From Eledone cirrhosa (taxonomy: Eukaryota): a stretch of DNA of 64,000 bases. Positions 51,160 through 64,000 of this stretch are shown piece after piece (position 1 is the first letter of the stretch; each line of letters opens with the position of its first letter). The translations under genes were made by a program, and so were the position numbers. The notes under the pieces are model-generated. The model worked only from the letters and a program-made list of their open reading frames with translations, did not search any database and was not told the origin of the DNA. Where the stretch lies: NCBI GenBank assembly GCA_964016885.1, contig OZ024754.1:14136001-14200000 (forward strand), given 5' to 3'.

Positions 51160-54100
51160 CCCACTACCACCACAACTACCATCAACACCAACACTACCAC
51201 CACAACTACCATCAACACCAACACTACCACCACAACTACCATCACCACCAACACTACCACAACTACCATCAACACCACCACTACCACCACAACTACCATC
51301 AACACCAACACTACCACCACAACTACCACCAACACCACCACTACCACCACCAACACCAACACTACCACCACAACTACCACCACAACTACCATCAACACCA
51401 CCACTACCACCACAACTACCACCAACACCAACACTACCACCACAACTACCATCAACACCAACACTACCACCACAACTACCATCAACACCAACACTACCAC
51501 CACAACTACCATCAACACCAACACTACCACCACAACTACCACCAACACCAACACTACCACCACAACTACCATCAACACCAACACTACCACCACAACTACC
51601 ATCAACACCAACACTACCACCACAACTACCATCAACACCAACACTACCACCACAACTACCACCAACACCAACACTACCACCACAACTACCATCAACACCA
51701 ACACTACCACCACAACTACCATCAACACCAACACTACCACCACAACTACCATCAACACCAACACTACCACTACAACTACCATCAACACCAACACTACCAC
51801 CACAACTACCACCAACACCAACACCACCACCACAACTACCATCAACACCAACACTACCACCACAACTACCATCAACACCAACACTACCACCACAACTACC
51901 ATCAACACCAACACTACCACCACAACTACCATCAACACCAACACTACCACCACAACTACCATCAACACCAACACTATTACCACAACTACCATCAACACCA
52001 ACACTACCACCACAACTACCATCAACACCAACACTACTACCACAACTACCATCAACACCAACACTACCACCACAACTACCATCAACACCACCACAACTAC
52101 CATCAACACCAACACTACCACCACAACTACCATCAACACCAACACTACCACCACAACTACCATCAACACCAACACCACCACCACAACTACCACCAACACC
52201 ACCACTACCACCACAACTACCACCACTACCACCACAACTACCATCAACACCAACACTACTACCACAACTACCATCAACACCAACACTACCACCACAACTA
52301 CCATCAACACCAACACTACCACCACAACTACCATCAACACCAACACTACCACCACAACTACCATCAACACCAACACTACCACCACAACTACCATCAACAC
52401 CAACACTACCACCACAACTACCATCAACACCAACACTACCACCACAACTACCATCAACACCAACACCACCAACACCACCACTACCACCACAACTACCACC
52501 ACTACCACCACAACTACCATCAACACCAACACTACTACCACAACTACCATCAACACCAACACTACCACCACAACTACCATCAACACCAACACTACCACCA
52601 CAACTACCATCAACACCAACACTACCACCACAACTACCATCAACACCAACACTACCACCACAACTACCATCAACACCAACACTACCACCACAACTACCAT
52701 CAACACCAACACTACCACCACAACTACCATCAACACCAACACCACCACAACTACCACCAACACCACCACTACCACCACAACTACCACCACTACCACCACA
52801 ACTACCATCAACACCAACACTACTACCACAACTACCATCAACACCAACACTACCACCACAACTACCATCAACACCAACACTACCACCACAACTACCATCA
52901 ACACCAACACTACCACCACAACTACCATCAACACCAACACTATTACCACAACTACCATCAACACCAACACTACCACCACAACTACCATCAACACCAACAC
53001 TACTACCACAACTACCATCAACACCAACACTACCACCACAACTACCATCAACACCAACACAACTACCATCAACACCAACACTACCACCACAACTACCATC
53101 AACACCAACACTACCACCACAACTACCATCAACACCAACACTACCACCACAACTACCATCAACACCAACACCACAACTACCATCAACACCAACACTACCA
53201 CCACAACTACCATCAACACCAACACAACTACCATCAACACCACCACTACCACCACAACTACCATCAACACCAACACAACTACCATCAACACCAACACTAC
53301 CACCACAACTACCATCAACACCAACACTACCACCACAACTACCATCAACACCAACACAACTACCATCAACACCAACACTACCACCACAACTACCATCAAC
53401 GCCAACACTACCACCACAACAACCATCAACACCAACACAACTACCATCAACACCAACACTACCACCACAACTACCATCAACACCAACACAACTACCATCA
53501 ACACCAACACTACCACCACAACTACCATCAACACCAACACTACCACCACAACTACCATCAACACCAACACTACCACCACAACTACCATCAACACCAACAC
53601 TACCACCACAACTACCATCAACACCAACACTACCACCACAACTACCATCAACACCAACACAACTACCACCAACACCACCACTACCACCACAACTACCACC
53701 ACTACCACCACAACTACCATCAACACCAACACTACTACCACAACTACCATCAACACCAACACTACCACCACAACTACCATCAACACCAACACTACCACCA
53801 CAACTACCATCAACACCAACACTACCACCACAACTACCATCAACACCAACACTACCACCACAACTACCATCAACACCAACACCACCACCACAACTACCAT
53901 CAACACCAACACTACCACCACAACTACCATCAACACCAACACTACCACCACAACTACCATCAACACCAACACTACCACCACAACTACCATCAACACCAAC
54001 ACCACCACCACAACTACCATCAACACCAACACCACCACCACAACTACCATCAACACCAACACTACCACCACAACTACCATCAACACCAACACAACTACCA

Positions 54101-57100
54101 TCAACACCAACACTACCACCACAACTACCAACAACACCAACACAACTACCATCAACACCAACACTACCACCACAACTACCATCAACACCAACACTACCAC
54201 CACAACTACCATCAACACCAACACAACTACCATCAACACCAACACTACCACCACAACTACCATCAACACCAACACTACCACCACAACTACCATCAACACC
54301 AACACTACCGCCACAACTACCATCAACACCAACACTACCACCACAACTACCATCAACACCAACACTACCACCACAACTACCATCAACACCAACACTACCA
54401 CCACAACTACCATCAACACCAACACTACCACCACAACTAGCATCAACACCAACACTACCACCACAACTACCATCAACACCAACACCACCACCACAACTAC
54501 CATCAACACCAACACCACCACCACAACTACCATCAACACCAACACTACCACCACAACTACCATCAACACCAACACAACTACCATCAACACCAACACTACC
54601 ACCACAACTACCATCAACACCAACACAACTACCATCAACACCAACCCTACCACCACAACTACCATCAACACCAACACTACCACCACAACTACCATCAACA
54701 CCAACACTACCACCACAACTACCATCAACACCACCACAACTACCATCAACACCAACACAACTACCATCAACACCAACACAACTACCATCAACACCAACAC
54801 AACTACCATCAACACCAACATTACCACCACAACTACCATCAACACCAACACTACCACCACAACTACCATCATCACCAACACTACCACCACAACTACCATC
54901 AACTACCATCAACACCAACACTACCACCACAACTACCATCAACACCAACACTACCACCACAACTACCATCAACACCACAACTACCACCACAACTACCATC
55001 AACACCAACACTACCACCACAACTACCATCAACACCAACACTACCACCACAACTACCATCAACACCAACACTACCACCACAACTACCATCAACACCAACA
55101 CTACTACCACAACTACCATCAACACCAACACTACCACCTCAACTACCATCAACACCAACACTACTACCACAACTACCATCAACACCAACACTACCACCAC
55201 AACTACCATCAACACCAACACTCCCACCACAACTACCATCAACACCAACACTACCACCACAACTACCATCAACACCAACACAACCACCACAACTACCATC
55301 AACACCAACACTACCACCACAACTACCATCAACACCAACACCACCACCACAACTACCATCAACACCAACACTACCACCACAACTACCATCAACACCAACA
55401 CTACCACCACAACTACCATCAACACCAACACTACCACCACAACTACCATCAACACAAACACCACCACCACAACTACCATCAACACCAACACTACCACCAC
55501 AACTACCATCAACACCAACACAACTACCATCAACACCAACACTACCATCAACACCAACACTACCACCACAACTACCATCAACACCAACACTACCACCACA
55601 ACTACCATCAACACCAACACTACCACCACAACTACCATCAACACCAACACAACTACCATCAACACCAACACTACCACCACAACTACCATCAACACCAACA
55701 CTACCACCACAACTACCATCAATACCAACACTACCACCACAACTACCATCAACACCAACACTACCACCACAACTACCATCAACACCAACACTACCACCAC
55801 AACTACCATCAACACCAACACTACCACCACAACTACCATCAACACCACCACAACTACCATCAACACCACCACAACTACCATCAACACCAACACTACCACC
55901 ACAACTACCATCAACACAAACACCACCACCACAACTACCATCAACACCAACACTACCACCACAACTACCATCAACACCAACACAACTACCATCAACACCA
56001 ACACTACCATCAACACCAACACTACCACCACAACTACCATCAACACCAACACTACCACCACAACTACCATCAACACCAACACAACTACCATCAACACCAA
56101 CACTACCACCACAACTACCATCAACACCAACACTACCACCACAACTACCATCAATACCAACACTACCACCACAACTACCATCAACACCAACACTACCACC
56201 ACAACTACCATCAACACCAACACTACCACCACAACTACCATCAACACCAACACTACCACCACAACTACCATCAACACCACCACAACTACCATCAACACCA
56301 CCACAACTACCATCAACACCAACACTACCACCACAACTACCAACACTACCACCACAACTACCATCAACACCAACACAACTACCATCAACACCAACACTAC
56401 CACCACAACTACCATCAACACCAACACTACAACTACCATCAACACCACCACTACCACCACAACTACCATCAACACCAACACTACCACCACAACTACCATC
56501 AACACCAACACTACCACCACAACTACCATCAACACCAACACAACTACCATCAACACCAACACTACCGCCACAACTACCATCAACACCAACACTACCGCCA
56601 CAACTACCATCAACACCAACACTACCACCACAACTACCATCAACACCAACACTACCACCACAACTACCATCAACACCAACACTACCACCACAACTACCAT
56701 CAACACCAACACAACTACCATCAACACCAACACTACCGCCACAACTACCATCAACACCAACACTACCGCCACAACTACCATCAACACCAACACTACCACC
56801 ACAACTACCATCAACACCAACACTACCACCACAACTACCATCAACACCAACACTACCACCACAACTACCATCAACACCAACACTACCACCACAACTACCA
56901 TCAACACCAACACTACCACCACAACTACCATCAACACCAACACCACCACCACAACTACCATCAACACCAACACTACCACCACAGCTACCATCAACACCAA
57001 CACTACCACCACAACTACCATCAACACCAACACTACCACCACAACTACCATCAACACCAACACTACCACCACAACTACCATCAACACCAACACCACCACC

Positions 57101-60100
57101 ACAACTACCATCAACACCAACACCACCACCACAACTACCATCAACACCAACACTACCACCACAACTACCATCAACACCAACACTACCACCACAACTACCA
57201 TCAACACCAACACTACCACCACAACTACCATCAACACCACCACTACCATCAACACCAACACTACCACCACAACTACCATCAACACCAACACCACCACAAC
57301 TACCATCAACACCAACACTACCACCACAACTACCATCAACACCAACACTACCACCACAACTACCATCAACACCAACACTACCACCACAACTACCATCAAC
57401 ACCAACACTACCACCACAACTACCATCAACACCAACACTACCACCACAACTACCATCAACACCACCACTACCACCACAACTACCATCAACACCACCACTA
57501 CCACCACAACTACCATCAACACCACCACTACCACCACAACTACCATCAACACCACCACTACCACCACAACTACCATCAACACCAACGCTACCACCACAAC
57601 TACCATCAACACCACCACTACCACCACAACTACCATCAACACCAACACTACCACCACAACTACCATCAACACCACCACTACCACCACAACTACCATCAAC
57701 ACCACCACTACCACCACAACTACCATCAACACCAACGCTACCACCACAACTACCATCAACACCACCGCTACCACCACAACTACCATCAACACCACCGCTA
57801 CCACCACAACTACCATCAACACCACCACTACCACCACAACTACCATCAACACCACCACTACCACCACAACTACCATCAACACCAACACTACCACAACTAC
57901 CATCAACACCACCACTACCACCACAACTACCATCAACACCACCACTACCACCACAACTACCATCAACACCACCACTACCACCACAACTACCATCAACACC
58001 ACCACTACCACCACAACTACCATCAACACCAACACTACTACCACAACTACCATCAACACCACCACTACCATCAACACCACCACTACCACCACAACTACCA
58101 TCAACACCACCACTACCACCACAACTACCATCAACACCACCACTACCACCACAACTACCATCAACACCACCACTACCACCACAACTACCATCAACACCAA
58201 CACTACAACTACCATCAACACCACCACTACCACCACAACTACCATCAACACCAACACTACCACCACAACTACCATCAACACCAACACTACCACCACAACT
58301 ACCATCAACACCAACACAACTACCATCAACACCAACACTACCGCCACAACTACCATCAACACCAACACTACCGCCACAACTACCATCAACACCAACACTA
58401 CCACCACAACTACCATCAACACCACCACTACCACCACAACTACCATCAACACCACCACTACCACCACAACTACCATCAACACCAACACTACCACCACAAC
58501 TACCATCAACACCACCACTACCACCACAACTACCATCAACACCACAACTACCATCAACACCACCACTACCACCACAACTACCATCAACACCACCACTACC
58601 ACCACAACTACCATCAACACCAACACTACAACTACCATCAACACCACCACTACCACCACAACTACCATCAACACCAACACTACCACCACAACTACCATCA
58701 ACACCAACACTACCACCACAACTACCATCAACACCAACACAACTACCATCAACACCAACACTACCGCCACAACTACCATCAACACCAACACTACCGCCAC
58801 AACTACCATCAACACCAACACTACCACCACAACTACCATCAACACCAACACTACCACCACAACTACCATCAACACCAACACTACCACCACAACTACCATC
58901 AACACCAACACAACTACCATCAACACCAACACTACCGCCACAACTACCATCAACACCAACACTACCGCCACAACTACCATCAACACCAACACTACCACCA
59001 CAACTACCATCAACACCAACACTACCACCACAACTACCATCAACACCAACACTACCACCACAACTACCATCAACACCAACACTACCACCACAACTACCAT
59101 CAACACCAACACTACCACCACAACTACCATCAACACCAACACCACCACCACAACTACCATCAACACCAACACTACCACCACAACTACCATCAACACCAAC
59201 ACTACCACCACAACTACCATCAACACCAACACTACCACCACAACTACCATCAACACCAACACCACCACCACAACTACCATCAACACCAACACCACCACCA
59301 CAACTACCATCAACACCAACACTACCACCACAACTACCATCAACACCAACACTACCACCACAACTACCATCAACACCACCACTACCATCAACACCAACAC
59401 TACCACCACAACTACCATCAACACCAACACCACCACAACTACCATTAACACCAACACTACCACCACAACTACCATCAACACCAACACTACCACCACAACT
59501 ACCATCAACACCAACACTACCACCACAACTACCATCAACACCAACACTACCACCACAACTACCATCAACACCAACACTACCACCACAACTACCATCAACA
59601 CCACCACTACCACCACAACTACCATCAACACCACCACTACCACCACAACTACCATCAACACCACCACTACCACCACAACTACCATCAACACCACCACTAC
59701 CACCACAACTACCATCAACACCAACGCTACCACCACAACTACCATCAACACCACCACTACCACCACAACTACCATCAACACCAACACTACCACCACAACT
59801 ACCATCAACACCACCACTACCACCACAACTACCATCAACACCACCACTACCACCACAACTACCATCAACACCAACGCTACCACCACAACTACCATCAACA
59901 CCACCGCTACCACCACAACTACCATCAACACCACCGCTACCACCACAACTACCATCAACACCACCACTACCACCACAACTACCATCAACACCACCACTAC
60001 CACCACAACTACCATCAACACCAACACTACCACAACTACCATCAACACCACCACTACCACCACAACTACCATCAACACCACCACTACCACCACAACTACC

Positions 60101-60456
60101 ATCAACACCACCACTACCACCACAACTACCATCAACACCACCACTACCACCACAACTACCATCAACACCACCACTACCACCACAACTACCATCAACACCA
60201 CCACTACCACCACAACTACCATCAACACCACCACTACCACCACAACTACCATCAACACCACCACTACCACCACAACTACCATCAACACCACCACTACCAC
60301 CACAACTACCATCAACACCACCACTACCACCACAACTACCATCAACACCAACACTACCACTACAACTACCATCAACACCAACACTACCACCACAACTACC
60401 ATCAACACCACCACTACAACTACCATCAACACCAACACTACCACAACTACCATCAA
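51160..60456. repeat. About 9.3-kb satellite, consensus 30-mer ACCATCAACACCAACACTACCACCACAACT, in a DFPase intron
   Basis: Highly regular 30-bp period with 21/27-bp variants; one register shift near 54900; kb-scale internal duplication. Confidence 0.97.
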
Positions 60457-60524
60457 GTAACACATAACCATTAACACAATATTAAGAAAAATACCAAATA
60501 CAAAATATTATTTAAACTAACATT

Positions 60525-61872
60525 ATCAGTGTTGTATCTGGAGTCACTGGGTGTTTCAGGGCTTACATAATGACCCCTCAAATGGACACATCATCAGTGT
60601 TGTATCCTGGAGTCACTGGGTGTTTCAGGGCTTACATAATGACCCCTCAAATGGACACATTATCAGTGTTGTATCTGGAGTCACTGGGTGTTTCAGGGCT
60701 TACAAAATGACCCCTCAAATGGACACATTATCAGTGTTGTATCTGGAGTCACTGGGTGTTTCAGGGCTTACATAATGACCCCTCAAATGGACACATCATC
60801 AGTGTTGTATCCTGGAGTCACTGGGTGTTTCAGGGCTTACATAATGACCCCTCAAATGGACACATCATCAGTGTTGTATCTGGAGTCACTGGGTGTTTCA
60901 GGGCTTACATAATGACCCCTCAAATGGACACATCACCTGTGATGTATCTTGGAATCACTGGGTGTTTTGGGTCTTACAACATACCCCCTCATCTAGGTGA
61001 CCTAAGATTGATCAAGCATCTGTGTCTAACCATATAACTTAGAACCAGGTTTAAGACCTAATTCTATCTCCATGTTATATTTAGTCTGATCGGTGGTGGA
61101 TTGGCAGTATCGGTAGAGGGTCGGACGCCATGCTTTGACACATAGAGTTACGGCCCTTGTCATTCTGAGTTCAAATCCCACCGAGGTTAACTTTGCCTTT
61201 CATCTTTACAGGGTCGATAAAATAAAGTATCATCAGTAATACACTGGGATAATTGCTGGCCTTGTGCCAAAAGTAGAAACAATTATTTAAACTAGATCAG
61301 ACTAAATATAATTATTTCTACTTTTGGCACAAGGCCAGCAATTATCCCAGTGCATTACTGGTACTTTATTTTATCGACCCTGTAAGGATGAAAGGCAAAG
61401 TTAACCTCGGTGGGATTTGAACTCAGATCATAAAGGGCCGTAACTCTATGCTGCAAAGCATGGCGTCCGACCCTCTACCGATACTGCCAATCCACCACCG
61501 ATCAGACTAAATATAACATGGAGATAGAATTAGGTCTTAAACCTGGTTCTAAGTTATATGGTTAGACACAGACGCTTGATCAACCTTAGGTCACCTAGAT
61601 GAGGGGGTATGTTGTAAGACCCAAAACACCCAGTGATTCCAAGATACATCACAGGTGATGTGTCCATTTCAGGGGACATTTTGTAAGCCCTGAAACACCC
61701 AGTGACTCCAGATACAACACTGATGATGTGTCCATTTGAGGGGTCATTATGTAAGCCCTGAAACACCCAGTGACTCCAGAATACAACACTGATAATGTGT
61801 CCATTTGAGGGGACATTTTGTAAGCCCTGAAACACCCAGTGACTCCAGGATACAACACTGATGATGTGTCCA
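60525..61872. repeat. 68/69-bp minisatellite + unique spacer + SINE, duplicated as a large inverted repeat
   Basis: About 6 forward units at 60525-60935; segment 60720-61287 is mirrored at 61309-61872. Confidence 0.92.
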
Positions 61873-61954
61873 AGATTTTTACATCTGTCTTGAGTTAAGA
61901 TCCTGAATTTCAATAGCACTCAGATCTTCCTCCTCATATCCCAGCATAGCTTAC

Positions 61955-62095
61955 CTGTTTATATGTCCCATCAAGTTTTATTTGAAGTAATCCAAGTCTC
62001 ATGTCAGCCACAAAAAGATTATCAGAACGATCAAATTGACATCCAGCTGGGATACCACCATAACCATCAATTTCCGGCTCACATAGAATGGCATT
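61955..62095 (-). CDS. DFPase-like exon (most 5' exon in the window)
   Basis: NAILCEPEIDGYGGIPAGCQFDRSDNLFVADMRLGLLQIKLDGTYKQ (absent from the ORF track); TAACAG acceptor and CAG|GTAAGC donor. Confidence 0.95.
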
Positions 62096-62257
62096 CTGTT
62101 AAAAGATATATCATATATGGTTAGAAGCAGAATCAATATACATTATTCATTTGCTGCTGCAAGCCTTACATAGTATAATTCTTTCTGCACCAGTCCACCC
62201 TGGAAAGTAGTTATTAGGGAGCTGTGCTGCTGACAACGAAGTTCTTGTCATCGCTAG

Positions 62258-63418
62258 TAATAATAATAATAATAATGAAATTATTGTGTAGAGTGCTCAG
62301 GTGCATTACAACTCATCAAAGGTGCATGTATAGTACAAAGAATAATGTACAAATGTCAGGAAAATGAACAGTGTATGAGTCATGATATACATGTGTGGAT
62401 GAGTATGGAGGGGGATATTAGGTGTAGTGTTGGTGAATTTCAGGAAGCATCGAGGTTTTAAAGTATGCAGTGTCTCGACTGTTAATAACTGATGCAGGTA
62501 GTTTGTTCCATGCTTCAGCAACTCTGAGCGTGAACAAATGTTTCCGAAAGTCATTGGAACTGTGCTGTTTTCTGACTTTGTAGGCGTGCCCACATGCGTT
62601 AGACACATGGAATTCAAAAAAGTGCTCAGGGTTGTTGTTAGCAAGATGGTTAATAATTTTGTGGGTGTTTACCAAGTCAGTTGCCAGACGTCGGAGCTTC
62701 AATGTATCCATGCCCAGGGAAGTAAGGCGTTCAGAGTATTGTAGGTGTCTGATGGAGGGTATTTACTTGGTTGCACGTCTCTGAACAGTTTCCAAGAGGT
62801 CAATGCACTGAGCAAGATAGGGGTTCCAGACTGGTGATGCAAATTCTAAGTGTGGCCACACCATAGCGATATACAGCTTTAAATAGATAGCTGGAGAGCG
62901 GCTGACAACGGTCTTGCTGAGGGATGCTAAGACACCCTCGGCCTTCTTAACAATTTTAGAGATGTGCTTTCATCATCATCATCATGATGCCTAGGTCACG
63001 TTCACAAGAAGACTTCTTGATATCAGTGTTGTGGAGGGAGTATGTGGATGCTGGGTTTTTTCTCCCAAAATTCTTGTCTACAGCCAGCTTAAGTTGCCAG
63101 TCTGTAAGCCATTGCTGCATTGTGTCCAGGTCTGATTGCAGGCAAGATCTATAGTGTTCAGGATCTGTCCTCTTTATCTCAAGGTATAGCTTGATGTCAT
63201 CTGCATATTTCAGCACTGTGGCATTCTTTAAGTTGGCATCTATGTCATTAATATATGCAACAAACAAAAGGGGACCAAGAACAGATCCCTGTGGTACACC
63301 AGATGATATCTCATAGGGTGAAGAATGCTGTCCTAGAACTGTGACTTTCTCTTTTCGACTGAGAATGAAGGATTTCAACCAGTTAAAAAGATTATCTTTT
63401 ACACCCATTGCAGAGAGT
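62258..63418 (-). mobile_element. 5'-truncated, disrupted CR1-clade LINE (RT + 3' UTR + (ATT)n tail)
   Basis: SGVPQGSVLGPLLF, LKYADDIKL, ERDLG, LETVQRRATK, FTLRVAEAWNKLP; interrupted by (ATG)n and deletions. Confidence 0.92.
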
Positions 63419-63437
63419 TCTGCATCTTCTTATTCTT

Positions 63438-63473
63438 TTTTCTGATGATAGACTAGCGTCTGAAACGTTAAGA
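63438..63473 (+). ncRNA. Candidate minimal type I hammerhead ribozyme (Penelope-like element type)
   Basis: TTTT-CTGATGA-T-AGAC(TAGC)GTCT-GAAAC-GTT-AAGA: intact core, 4-bp stem II, palindromic ACGT stem III, 4-bp stem I. Confidence 0.55.
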
Positions 63474-63627
63474 CCTTCTTCCTGCTATTTCAAGCGTTAA
63501 CCTAACATATTCCTTCCATATACTGTACTGATTGTGTTATTTCTGTTTACCTTTTACATATATATATATACACCCTTGCAAGCAGGAAAAAGCCGACGTA
63601 AAATGATGATGATACATATACATACAT

Positions 63628-63662
<35 letters not shown>

Positions 63663-64000
63663 GAATAGAATGAAACGGAATTTCATTTCTCACTCTTAGT
63701 CCGGCACTTACTTAAATGTAAGTATGTATGTATACGTACATACATATATGTATACAGACGTACAGTAGTATGTATATATATACATACATGCACACATATA
63801 TATACATGCACACATATGTACTAGTTTAAAGCTTATTAGCTTGAAACACTGTACGGCATAATTCGGGCTGTTTGTTTGTTTACAAACAAACAAACCGAGC
63901 ATTATAATAAATGTTCGGTAAACCGATACGTGCATATATATATGTGTGCATGTATGTATATATATACATGCTACTGTACGTCTGAATACATATATGTATG

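Noticed and set aside
50953-60477. ORFs of 1270-3108 aa (mucin-like poly-T, His-rich, GGSVGVDGSC repeats)
   Set aside because: They come from a 30-bp satellite in a DFPase intron, with no unique domains and no sign of synonymous-site variation, and are open in multiple frames on both strands.

Overview
This is AT-rich, intron- and repeat-rich animal genomic DNA, very probably cephalopod/octopus. That assignment is inferred from a close homologue of squid DFPase and the SINE/MITE/microsatellite landscape. I reconstructed four protein-coding genes by hand, with GT-AG introns in consistent phase. (1) A BTB-BACK-Kelch (KLHL-like) gene, + strand, 5 coding exons 8420-15120, about 588 aa. (2) CPSF2/CPSF100, - strand, a single uninterrupted 776-aa CDS at 17842-20172. 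(3) DSCC1/DCC1, + strand, 12 coding exons 21790-45051, about 400 aa, head-to-head with CPSF2. (4) The last four coding exons of a squid-type DFPase, - strand, 48211-62095; its 5' exon(s) lie beyond the window. Introns hold many different minisatellites, two large triplet-based arrays (about 6.4 and 9.3 kb) that create all the giant spurious ORFs, tRNA-derived SINEs, RTE/CR1/CRE LINE fragments and mariner/hAT/piggyBac-type MITEs. The most unusual signals are the intronless CPSF2, a minisatellite of about 28 branch-point/3' splice-site-like units ending in a real DSCC1 acceptor, (TA)n-embedded fold-back elements with copy-specific arms, minimal hammerhead-ribozyme motifs, and an approximately 1.15-kb intronic palindrome in the DFPase gene. 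I found no prokaryote-type system (CRISPR, operon). All family assignments are from motif recognition, not database searches.
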